64,000 nucleotides of DNA from the NCBI RefSeq assembly GCF_020745735.1, contig NC_083448.1:14072006-14136005 (forward strand). The letters run 5' to 3'. Shown here one piece after another: positions 24,441-35,352 of the stretch. The notes beneath the pieces were generated by a model. That model was given only the letters and a program-made list of their open reading frames with translations. It did not search any database and was not told where the DNA came from. Source of the stretch: Hemiscyllium ocellatum (lineage: Eukaryota). Positions within the stretch are counted from its first letter, which is position 1. Every line of letters starts with the position of its first letter. The position numbers and the translations under genes were made by a program.

Positions 24441-25399
24441 TTTCTATTTCTAGCTCAGCCCCTGCACACGCTCTCTCAAGACTGTGCCGGACCATCTCCT
24501 CCCTTCCCAGTTCTCTCAACATTATCATTGAGTCCGCTCTTGCCCAGGTCCTGGATAGGGTTCGCCTCCCAAAGTGAAAAACCAGCAGACTTAAGGGAAA
24601 AGCTGGTTTTCAAAGTAGCTGGCATGACCTGGACTGTCAGAGTTCGTCCCTTTCGTTACTGTCCAGTCTGTGATTTGAGGGCTAGATGGCATCTTCCCAT
24701 TTCTCCCTTGAGGAATAGAAATAGTATCTCGGACCCTTGTCCAGCTTTGCCAACAGAGGCAGAAGCTTTTTCATAGCTTGGATCTTCCACCTTGTATCGC
24801 TGATACGCTTGGCTGTTCCACTTGAAAGAGTAAAAAAAAATTGCTTCACGCTCAATCAGCCATTTCCAGTGGTGTGCACCATCTCCCAGTAGTGGTTGAC
24901 CCCTCTCTTATTGATGTGGAATTTCACATAATGAACAGTGCCCCTGTGTTGCGTGGTTGCGTTGACCCTCTGCTGAGCGTACCGAAACTTGGAGCAGGTG
25001 TGACTCATCTAGTGAAAAACGAAAATGCTCCACAATTACTGTTCATGAGCCTGAGTGCTCGCAAATGTAATTAGAATTAATTATACTCCTTGTTTGTTTT
25101 TAGATGCAAATTATTTGTTACATTGACTGAGGATTTGATCCAGGTTTAATGAACCAAGGTGGGCCTTGCTGTAAGATTAGGCTCTGAATGATTGAAAGAC
25201 AAAGTTCTTGGGAGCTCGCTGATAAGGATCACTCAAAGTTGCAGCATTATCTAAAGTCACGTCGGCAAAGTGCTTAACAATTCTGTCACGGGACATGGCA
25301 CTTGCAAACTCAGGCACCATTTAGATACCATTCTGAATTTCCATTGAAAAGTTGGATGGTTCTTCTTGAAATTGCAAGTCCTCGTGATGCTTGGACACC

Positions 25400-26200
25400 C
25401 ACACAGTGCTGCTAGGGAGGACTTTGAACCAACAGCACTGAAGGTTCGGCAATACCTTTCCAAATCAGGATGGCGAATAGCTTGAAAGTGATCCAGCAGG
25501 TGGTGGTGCTCCCAAACATCTGTTGCCCTCGCCCTCCTAGATGTAAGTGGTCATGTCTTTGGGAGGTACTGTCTCAGGAGTCTTGGTGAATTTCTGCAGC
25601 GTATCTTGTATGTGGTACACAACTGCTGCTACTGAGCGTCGGCTGTGGAGGGAGTGAATGTTTGTGGATGTGGCTACTTTGTCCCGGATGATGTCAACAA
25701 CACTTCTTGAGTGCAGTTGGAGCTGTGACCATCCGGCAAGTGGGGAATCTGAGGAAAAGGTGAGGACTGCAGATGCTGAACATCAGAGTCAAAAAGGGTG
25801 GTGCTGGAAAAGCACAGCTGGTCAGGCAGCATCTGAGGAGCAGCAGGGTCGACTTACAGAGCATGAGCTCAATGAAGAGCTGACGAAGAGCTTATGCTCG
25901 AAACGTTTATACTCCTGCTCTTCGGATGCTGCCTGACTGGCTGTGCTTTTCCAGCATCACACTTTTCGACTCATCTCCAAAATCTGCAGTCCTCACTTTC
26001 TCCTTATTGAGTATAACCTTGCTGTGAAGCCTTTTCCAAGGATGCCTCCCTTGAAGAACTTCTCTTCCTCCCTTACATTCTTGGCGAAGCGCTCATGCTT
26101 CATGCTCCAATATGCCTGCAAGTGAGGAATATTCCATCACACTGCCGACTTGTAACTTGTGGATGGTAGACAGGCTTTGGGGAGTCAGGAGTCATGAGTG
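25400..26200 (-). mobile_element. Second CR1-clade LINE family (B), C-terminal fragment split by a PLE
   Basis: Minus frame SLHSRRSVAAV...YKIRCRNSPRLLRQYLP. Resumes at 26118. Confidence 0.75.
25749..26117. mobile_element. Palindromic PLE mini-element with 3' extension
   Basis: Arms at about 25750-25870 and 25888-26003. HHR CTGACGA-a-gagc-ttat-gctc-GAAAC-GTT at 25880-25907. TSD gcaagtggggaat (25736-25748) / gcaagtgaggaat (26118-26130). Confidence 0.85.
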
Positions 26201-26329
26201 AAATCTTCTCCAAATACTTGAGCTTGTCTGATATGCGTTTCCCTGACCACCCTTCTCCTCGTATCCCTCCCACACTCCCCCATCCTGTGCGGTTTTCAGG
26301 AGAGGAGGACACAGTGTTGTATGAGGGCA

Positions 26330-26835
26330 TGCACTCTCCACTACATCGCCTCCTCCTTTCCTTCCCCTCCAACTCTTCCCCCCTATCCACCCCAGACATG
26401 CTTAACCCCATCTTCCCCAACTTTGCTCTCCTCTCCCCGCAAAGTCATCCCTCATCCCTACAACCTCTCACCTCCGTGTCCCCTAAACTTGTCCCTCCAT
26501 TTGCCCCCCAACCTCTTTCTTCCATCCCACCCGTTGTCCCTGAACACTCCCCCCAACATCCTGTCCATCTCTTCCCTCCATCTGCCCCAACAGCTCCTCC
26601 ACCATTCCCCAACATCTCAACTTTATTCCCCCCGAGCACTCTCCTCGTTAACCTCAGTTTCTCCCCATCCCCACCCAGTCTCTTACCCAAAGCCCAACAT
26701 CTTCCCCCATCACGCCGAATCTCTTCCCGTTCCCCAATCTCCTCCCAATCTCCCTGCAGCCTCCAACATCAATCCCTGACTCCCCACGTGATACCTGCAT
26801 ACCCATTCCACGACCTCCTTCCTCTGCCCAATAGC
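26330..26835. repeat. C/T-rich low-complexity tract
   Basis: Nearly G-free plus strand with many CCC/CCCC runs. Confidence 0.8.
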
Positions 26836-27923
26836 CTGTAAGCTATCGAGTCAGAGTCTGTATGCTGCCTCTGCAAATTCATTTCACGAATTACTTTTCA
26901 TTGTCTTGACTGGGCGGGTTATGACACTACTCTGGGGAAGCGGGGACTTGAACCTGGACCTCATGACCCTCTGCAATGCTCCCAAGGCAATAACTGAAAA
27001 AAAACATTAAGAACTAAATTACGTTGGGATCAAACAGTCCATTGGCGACTTTCAGTTTTAATGGAATTAACTAATTAATTTCCAACAGCTGTTTGCCTTG
27101 TTACCTTCAACTCCTCAGTACTTAGTATCCTATTAAGAGAATTAAACACAATAACATCACGTATCTGTGTTGTTGCTGCTGTTCATTTTGCAGAAACGTC
27201 TTGTTCCATTTCACTTGACTTACATCTGCCTTTCAGCCCATCTTTCTCACTGTCTGCTGTTCCCTCGTGTACTTGTCTTTTGAAAGTATGTCACCTTCTA
27301 TTGCAGTGTTGTGGTAGTTTCCTTACCTCTGAGGTGGGAGACCTGGGTTCAAGTCCCACCTGTTCCTGAGGTGCATAATAACGCCTCCAAACAGGTTAGT
27401 TGGAAACTAGTTTTTGTTTTATAATTTCAGTCGCAGCAGCCTGTGGTCATTGTCTTCCAGATCTTTGCCACTTTCTTGGTTGAGAAATTTCTCCTTCTCC
27501 TTCCCTGCCAGGTGTTGGAGTAATGAAAATGTCAGGAGATCTGGTTAATGCTGTCAGAGACACACTGCGATCTATTCCCATGGTGTTGGCAGCTGATGGA
27601 ATTGAAGATTATTCTGAATTTTTAACAGCCCATCCTACTTGAGAAGGGATGCACTTGCAGTGGAGGAGGTTCCCTAGGTTGAGTCTAGAATTGAGAGGGT
27701 TGTCTTACGAGGAGATACTGGGGTGATACGCATTGGAATTTAGAACAATGACTGGGACCTTACAGAAGGATATAAAATTATGAAGGAAATAGATAAGGTA
27801 GAAGCAGGGAGGTTGTTTCCACTGGTGGGTGAAACTAGGATAAGGGGGCAGAGTTTGTGCGAAGATTTGTAGCTCGGGTGCTTGTTGTAGTGGTTCTGTT
27901 CGCCGAGCTGGAAGTTTTTGTAG

Positions 27924-27962
27924 CAAACGTTTCATCCCCTGGCTAGGAGACATCATCAGTGC
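27924..27962 (-). ncRNA. Minimal hammerhead ribozyme motif (inverted copy)
   Basis: Reverse complement: gca-CTGATGA-t-gtctcct-agcc-aggggat-GAAAC-GTT-tgc. Confidence 0.7.
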
Positions 27963-28205
27963 TCAAGCAACATGAATTCGACTGGGAAAACACTACTATC
28001 ATAGGGCAAGCCAGACAGAGAACAGCCAGGGAATTCCTAGAGGCATGGCATTCATCCACAAACTCCATCAACAAACACATCGACCTGGACCCAATATACC
28101 AACCACTACAGCGGACAGCTGAAACTGACACCCGGAAGCGGCAAGGACAGACCACTATAAATGCCGGAAGAAACATCAAAGAAGCACTTCGCAGGAGGCT
28201 CCAGA

Positions 28206-28245
28206 GCACTGATGATGTCTCCTAGCCAGGGGACGAAACGTTTGC
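28206..28245 (+). ncRNA. Minimal type I hammerhead ribozyme motif
   Basis: gca-CTGATGA-t-gtctcct-agcc-aggggac-GAAAC-GTT-tgc, with a 7-bp stem II and 3-bp stem I. Confidence 0.8.
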
Positions 28246-28509
28246 AACAAAAACTTCCAGCTCGGCGAACAGAACCACTACAATAAGGGGGCAGATTTAG
28301 GACTGAGTTGAGGAGGATTGTGAATCTGTGGAATTCACTGCCCAGTGAAGCAGTAAAGGAGTTCAGGATCATGGGGAGCGGATGGGGACATAGAGCTCAG
28401 TTCACGTAAAGATCAGTTATGATCTTATTGAATGGCGGAGCAGGCTCGATGAGCCGGGTGCCTACTCCGTCTCCTATTTCTATTGTCCTTATGTTCATCT
28501 GTTTTGCCG

Positions 28510-28702
28510 ATGCCCTTCAGGGCAGGATGTCTGTGGTCCTCACCTGGTCTGATCTCCATGTCACTCCAGACCCACAGCAGTGTTGTTGATTCTCAACTGC
28601 ATTTTGACATGGCCCAGTGGGTCACTCAGTTCAATCCGGGCATTTATGCATGGGCACAAATTGCTGGCCTTGCCAACTATATCCATGCCTCATGACTGAA
28701 TG
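28510..28702 (+). mobile_element. SINE family B, 3' half
   Basis: ctccagacccacagcagtg...gctggccttgcca. Confidence 0.65.
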
Positions 28703-30019
28703 TATCAATAACAATAAATGACCCTGAGATGTTGCATTTAATGCCTCCTGGTTTTAGCTTCTCTGTGCAATGGAGGCAAACATTCTCCCCCCCCATATTC
28801 CCAATCCAGTCCGTTCATCGTGTCAAAGTCTCCCTTGTCTTGATGCAGCTGATAGGATTTATGCGGTGGATCTCTTGGGCTCTTGTGTTGGCACGGGCGT
28901 GAGGAGCCGAAGGCCTGGTCTTCATTCTCATTCTGGTCACTTACTCCCGTAAATGAGTGTCCCTAGTCTGGGTGACTGCTGATTTGGAATTAATCACTGT
29001 GAGTCTCTCCTTTAAACTTGGTCTCAACTTGAAGTTTTATTTATTGCAGCATCCCATTATAAAACAAAAGGTAAACCTGGGGCAAAGCGTGGCTGGAAAT
29101 GTCGCATTTTAAACCACCCCAAGAGCACCTTAAATTTGTGAATGCACCCAAACGTCAACATGTGAATTACAACAGACCCTCTGAGCTGTGTCCCTTCGGG
29201 TCACCTTCTGGTGTGAAATGATTACGAGCTTTGATCCAAAGCCAGAGTTATCGTGTTGCATTCCCCCCCCCTCCCAACCCCGAACAAGATGGATCATGCA
29301 AGAGTTGACATTGGTTCTGGGTTGCATCAGAACTGGGAGCAGGGGTAGGCCATCTGGCCCTTCGAGTCTGCTCCGCCATTCAACAAAATCATGGCTGATC
29401 TTTTTGTGGACTTCAGCTCCTCTTACCCACCCTCTCACAATAACCCGTAATTCCTTTACTGTTCAAAAGTTCATCTATCTTTGTCTTTGAATGTTGGGGG
29501 AGAAAAGGTGGGTGTGCGCACATTGTGTGTAAGGGTGCACATGGTCAAGTGTCTTGCCCGAAGATGCTCCGCACTGTGAAAGTGCAAGACATTTGACAGA
29601 GGAACCAAGTTAAAATTGGGAAGCGACGATGTGAAAGAGAGTTGAATGTGGGTATGAGTCAGTCGACACTGGCTAACAATCTGGAATTTTAATGAAATCG
29701 CCTAATGAAGGCACAGACTGCACCCGAAAATAACTGAGTTGGTCTCTGTGAGTAATTTGAGCTGCAGCAAAGATGTAAAAAGATCTTTCAGATTGGAGGA
29801 AAGCTGAGCTGAATTTAAATTGGCCACAAAGGAGTCAGGTTTTAGGAATGATCCAGGATGAGTCAGTAATGTCTCTGACTTCGATCTGAAAAGTCTTGAG
29901 TTTCACACGTGCTACATAGGCTTAGACCGGCAGATCAATACCGGAGTGGGCTGCCGCAACTTGTTCCAGGAGTTCAGGTTCAGAGAGGTGGAACTTGGTT
30001 AAGCGGTTGATTATCTCAG

Positions 30020-30445
30020 ATGTGGCCATCGGTCAGAAACCGGCTCGATGGTTGAGACTGGGAACGTTGAACCACTCAGGGCACTTGAACTTGGAATCTT
30101 GTTCTCAAGACTGCCGCGCTCCGTGAGGTGCCACGTTGTGGATGAGGTGTTAAACCAAGGCCCCTTCTGTTCTGCCGAGGGGTGTGGGAGGGGTCCCATA
30201 GTGCTTTCCGAAAAAGATGCAAGTGTCTCAGCAAGGGCTCCTTCATCCTTCATGAAAGCAGACACCCTGGGTCACAGTAGAGCTGTTGTTTGTCAGAGCT
30301 TGCTGTTTGGAAACTTGGTGCCAATTTTTTTTTCCATGTGACAGTGACACTGTGCCTTGCAAATCTTCTTACTTGGCTGTAATGCTCTTTGGGACAACAT
30401 GGCATCATGTAAGTGGGCAACGGAGGGGCAAGCCTCTCTTTTGTC
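30020..30445 (+). mobile_element. Deu-domain SINE (SacSINE1/AmnSINE1-like)
   Basis: gaggtgccacgttgtggatgaggtgttaaaccaaggcccc...gagcttgctgt..aaacttggtgcc. Confidence 0.7.
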
Positions 30446-30704
30446 CCCCCAGCGAGCCTTCCTGAGATTGAGTCACTGGACACTTAGCCAAGGAATAGTC
30501 ACGGGAATGTTATGGCACAAGAGTGGACCATTCAGTCCATTGTGCCTGCACTAGATCTTCAAGCAAACAACAGAACTATGTACCGATTTTGTCCTTTCTT
30601 CTCCTACCCCTTGCACACCAAGTCACTGAGAATAAACATCCATAAGTCTATTAAGCAATGGATGACAGTGCTCCCAGACATGCATCCCAGCAGTGAAGCT
30701 CAGA

Positions 30705-31150
30705 ATTTGATTTGATTTGATTTATTGTTGTCCTGTGTACCTAGCTACAGTGAAAAGTTTTGTTTTGCATGGTAGTACAGGTAGATCGCATCATACCAAG
30801 ATCCTAGAGTGAGGAATATCATGTTATGGCTTCAGAGAAGCTGCACAGAAAGCAAGATAAGTATAAGATTTGAAATTTATGAAAATCATTCAGAAGCCTA
30901 ATAACAGCGGGGAAGAAACTGTTCTTGAACCTGTCAATACATGAGTTTGAGCTTTTTGTATCCTCTCCCTAACAGAAGAGGTTGGAAGAGATTTTGACCA
31001 GGGTGGGGAGGGGTGTTTGATGATATTGGCTTCCTTTCTGAGACAGTGAGAAGCATAGATGGAATCCACGGATGGAAGGTTGGCACGGGCTGTGCTCACA
31101 GCTCTCTGTAGTTTCCCATGGTCCTGGACAGAGCAGTTGTCTGACAAGGC
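30705..31150 (-). mobile_element. Rex1/Babar LINE 3' fragment
   Basis: QDHGKLQRAVSTARANLPSVDSIYASHCLRKEANIIKHPS and (tcaaa)n tail. Confidence 0.85.
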
Positions 31151-31169
31151 CAGGTTACTCAGAGGACAG

Positions 31170-31360
31170 TAAGGGTGTGGAGCACCCTGCCTGCAACAAT
31201 CGGAGACTCACCAACTTTAAGGGCATTTATATGGTCATTGGATACACATATAGACGAAAATGGAATAGTGTAGGTTAGCTGGGCTTCAGATTGATTTCGC
31301 AGGTCGGCACAACATCGAGGGCTGAAGGGCCTGTACTGTGCTGTAATTTTCCATGTTCTA
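31170..31360 (+). mobile_element. CR1 3' end
   Basis: ggtcggcacaacatcgagggctgaagggcctgtactgtgctgt tail. Confidence 0.8.
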
Positions 31361-31470
31361 AGCCACGATGCATCCAGATAGGATCAGGGCAGGTGAAAAT
31401 CAATGAGGGACATGATGGTCCATCTCTGCTGACCCCAGAGATTTTGGGTCGGGTTGTGGAAGGGTTTTTT

Positions 31471-31770
31471 TTTTAGATTAGATTTCCTACAGGCCCTCTG
31501 GCTCAACAAGTCCACACCGACCCTCCGAAGAGTAACCCACCCAGACCCATTCCCCTACCTTATATCCCCTTTTGACTAATGCACCTAACACTATGGACAA
31601 TTTAGCATGGCTAATTCACCTGACTTGCACATCTTTTGATTGTGGGAGGAAACCCACGCAGACAAGGGGAGAACATGCAAACTCCACGCAGTTGCCTGAG
31701 GCAGGAATCGAATCTGGGTCTCTGGCACTATGAGGCAGCAGTGCTAACCACTGAGCCACTGTGCCGCCCA
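31471..31770 (-). mobile_element. HE1-type V-SINE
   Basis: Head and (taatc)n tail on the minus strand. Confidence 0.9.
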
Positions 31771-32659
31771 CGATTGGCATTGGGTTGGAGGTTTGGAGGG
31801 TGCTAGGGTGGGGAGGGGCTTCGGTACATTTCTGTAAAGTTGTCCAGAATCTTGCTGGGAAAGAGCTGAAATGCGATTAAATGAGCTGAACCTGGCCAAT
31901 TTCCAACAGCTTCATCACGAAGCTGCAGCTGGGTCATCTCCTCACAGCTGAATGAATTCCGCTTGTGTTCCAGATTGGTGCGAGCAATCTTGGCAGTTTC
32001 CCATCTGGCAGAATTATCCCACCAATCAGTCCAACGCGTGCGATGTGCAGCAACCTGAGAACAAGTGGAGTGGTGCAGGTTTCATACCTCTGCGTTCACC
32101 ATGAGTGAGTGTAACGCTGTGTGTGACCCAGGGCTGTGCAGACCAGGAGAGTCCCTGGTTGCACCTTTCCACCTCACTGTGCCCTATGAACACAAAGAAG
32201 ACAAAGCAACAGCAGTGGGATTTATGGCATGAGCACTGAGGGAGGAGGATACAAATGTCACTTGGCTGTACAGAATTGGAACACTGTTGAAAACAGAGGC
32301 GTGTTGCTTGGGCATTTCCTCCCGTCCTCACAAGGGCTAATGCAAAATGCCAAATTTTGGATTACCACAACAATTTATACTGTAGGAAAAAAATTGTTGT
32401 GGTTTTGGCATTTTTGCATTGGTCCTCGTGTGTGCAAGACAAAAAGCTTGGGCATCATCTCCGTCTTTCCCGCAGGACTGGGATATGAGTTTCTGCCCAT
32501 CAGCTAAGATGAAATATAGGAGGCTCAAGCAGGGCGTAAACACAGCACAGAACAGTCCTCTTTTTGCGCTAGAGATGGCATATCATGCCCATCTTCCTCA
32601 GTCTTGTTTATGATGTAGCGGCTCGGTCTTTGTTGTGAGAATTTGTGAAGCTTGGTTAA

Positions 32660-33370
32660 GAAGTGGGGTCTTGAGCATTGTTGTAGAACAGAGAGACGTA
32701 CGGGTTTGGGTACATAATTCTTTGAAGTTTGTGTGCCATGTAGACAGGATGGTTAAGAAGGTGTTCAGCACACTTGCCTTCAATGCTCAGACCTTTGAGT
32801 ATAGGAGTTGGGACATCATGTCGAGATTGTACGGGACATTGGTGAGGCATCTACTGGAGTGTTGTGTCCAATTCTGGTTGTAATGTTATAGGAAGGATAT
32901 TTTTAAGCTGGAGAGGCTTTAGAAGGGATTTACCAGAATGCTACCAGGAAATGTGCATAATCAGCAGAGGCTGGGACTTATTTCCCTGGTGATCAGGAGT
33001 TTAGGGGTGACTTTATCAAAGTTTATAAAATTATGAGGGGTATAGACAATTTGAATGGCAGGTGTTGAGTCCCTCGGGTGGAGGATTTCATGACGAGGGG
33101 GCATATTTTTATGGTGAGGGTAGAAAGACTGAAAAAACACACACGGGGCAATTTTTTTAGCCAGTAATTCATGTGTGGAATGAACTTCCAGAGGAAGTGG
33201 TGGTTGCGGGTAGTTAGAACATTTAAAACACACCTGGTAAGTACATGAATAAGAAATGTTTGGAGGAATATGGGTCAAACGCAGGCAGGTGGGATTACTT
33301 TAATTTGGGATAATGGTCAGCATGGACTGGTTGGACTGAATAATCTTTTTCTGTGCTGCATGACTCTGAC
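32660..33370 (+). mobile_element. CR1 LINE 3' fragment
   Basis: EYRSWDIMSRLYGTLVRHLLECCVQFW. Confidence 0.9.
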
Positions 33371-33428
33371 TTAATGAGCCTATAACAACAGTGCACAAGG
33401 ATCAAGCCCTGGACTCTTCTAGAGATTG

Positions 33429-33668
33429 GGAGACAGTGAGGACTGCAGATGCTGGAGATCAGAGTCGAGAGTGTAGTGCTAGAAAAGCACATCAGGTCAG
33501 GCAGCATCCGAGGAACAGGAGAGTTGACGTTTCGGGCATAAGCCCTTCATCAGGAATCAGGAATTGGGCATAACCCTGATGAAGGATTTACGCTCGAAAT
33601 GTTGATTTTCCTGCTCCTCGGATGCTGCCTGACCTGCTGTGTTTTTCCAGCAATACACTCTCGACTCT
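33429..33668. mobile_element. Palindromic PLE mini-element with HHR motifs on both strands
   Basis: Arms at about 33462-33555 and 33574-33668. TSD gactcttctagagattg (33412-33428) / gactcttccagagattg (33663-33679). Confidence 0.88.
33523..33557 (-). ncRNA. Minimal hammerhead ribozyme motif
   Basis: Reverse complement: CTGATGA-a-gggc-ttat-gccc-GAAAC-GTC. Confidence 0.75.
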
Positions 33669-34693
33669 TCCAGAGATTGACACTGTTGGTTGGAATCCTG
33701 GCGAGATTTCACCAGTCATCAGGCAGTAGCCAAATAAGGATGTTAAACTTAACTTGCTTATTTGAAGGGTCTTATTTTCGTTTTAATTCTTATTTCACTA
33801 TTTGATTGTCAGTGAGATTTCTGAACAAATAGCCAAATTCAAGGTATCTTGTGGTGATTTACACACATCATAGCCTTTTGAAGCACTGAACCTCTGTCTT
33901 TCACTGCTAACCCGACAGCAAGAGAGTCTGAGGTATTGGCAGGGAAGGAATACACGCAGTATTCTGGCATCCTGTTCCATATGCGAATGCATCACTTCAT
34001 CTCCTTTGGTGAAAAGATGTGGGTCACTCGTGATGTTAATTCTTTTCTTAACGTGATAATTGTTCCAGTACATGAGAAGATGGTGCACATAGGAGCTTTA
34101 GTGTATTGTTTGGTGAGTCTGGTATTGTTGTTAGTTATTGCTGTGTTTTGCAAGTTAGCTTTCTGTGAATTGATTGAGAACTTTGAGGATCACAAATCTT
34201 GGTCTTCAGTTTTCCTTCTTTCATAGTTTACATTGGGAGATGAATAAGAAATGTTTAAAGGGGTGTGGACCATGCACAGTCAGAGAGGATTGGTTTAGTT
34301 TGGGATTATGGTTGGCATGGATTGGTTGGACTGAAGGGAAAGTTTCCATGCTCTATGACTCTGTGACAGGATTGGACTCAGCCGACACACGCGCTTCCAA
34401 TTGTTTCTCATTGCCTCAGCTCTTTCCCCCTCCATGTAGAGAATGGGACCTGTACTTGTCTTGGTGAAGTGAAAACAGCTGGAACACAGGTTACAATTTC
34501 CACAGGAACCATTGAATTGCTGTTGGAATGTTGAGCTGCGTCTTTCACTGCAGAAGTGGCCACACAAATTCGGCCGTGAAATGATTTGTTCCATTATTGC
34601 AATCTCCGTCTGTCAAATCCTGGTTGCATTATTTGATTTTATGGTATGGGGACACAATGCAGATCTGAACCCAGCTCAGTTATTTTGAAAGAG

Positions 34694-34949
34694 ATTTAAA
34701 AAAAAATTGCAGGTGCTGGAATTCAAAGTAGACAAGCAGGAGGCTGGAAGAACACAGCAAGCATCAGGAGGTAGAGAAGTCAATGCACTTCAGAGCAATT
34801 TTTGCAAACCAGAGGCCAGCAGGAGCCCATTTGTGCAAGTGCATCAGGTTGCAGGACTCCTGAAGAAGTGTTATACCTGAAACATTAACTTCTCCACCTC
34901 CTGTTGCTGCATGGCTTGCTGTGTTCTTCCAGCCTCCTGCTTGTCTACC
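34694..34949. mobile_element. Palindromic PLE mini-element with captured central insert
   Basis: Arms at about 34727-34785 and 34883-34948. HHR-like core at 34860-34886. TSD cagttattttgaaagag (34677-34693) / cagttattttgggagag (34950-34966). Confidence 0.85.
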
Positions 34950-35009
34950 CAGTTATTTTGGGAGAGGTCAGATGCCCCGTCTACGTTGCTGTGGAGAGTT
35001 TGATGGAGT

Positions 35010-35352
35010 TAGAACCATTGAGTCCCTACAGTGTAGAAACAGGCCATTCAGCCCATCGAGTCCACACTGACCCTCCAAAGAGCATCCTGCCCACTTACCC
35101 TGTCACCCTCCGTTTCTCATGGCTAAAGCATCTAGCCTGCACATCACTGGAGACTCCGGACAATTTAGCATGGCCAATCCACCTAACTTGCACATGTTTA
35201 GACTGCGGGAGAGAACCGGAGCACCCAGAGGAAACCCATACTGTAACGGGGGGATTGCGCAAACTCCACACAGTTGCCTGGGAGTGGAATTGAGCCCGGG
35301 GTCCTGGTGGTGAGAGACAGCAGTGCTAACTGCTGAACCATTGTACCACCCC
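35010..35352 (-). mobile_element. HE1-type V-SINE
   Basis: Core and head motifs on the minus strand. Confidence 0.88.

Larger units (their letters stand above)
27853..28282 (+). mobile_element. 5'-truncated Poseidon/Penelope-type PLE with inverted pLTR
   Basis: GIY-YIG C-terminus HEFDWENTTIIGQARQRTAREFLEAWHSSTNSINK. 80-bp arms 27885-27964 and 28204-28283 with 2 mismatches. Perfect TSD ataagggggcaga (27840-27852, 28283-28295). Confidence 0.93.
27620..28490 (+). mobile_element. CR1 3' fragment interrupted by a PLE
   Basis: RT C-terminal and 3' UTR sequence is collinear across the insertion. Confidence 0.75.

Noticed and set aside
24968-25005. HHR-like string ctgctgagcgtaccgaaac...ggtg in unique DNA
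   Set aside because: A6 is substituted, stem II is not formed, the cleavage position would be G and there is no stem I
26194-26841. 215-aa Pro/Ser-rich ORF
   Set aside because: By-product of C-rich low complexity, which lacks stop codons. No domain or splice context.
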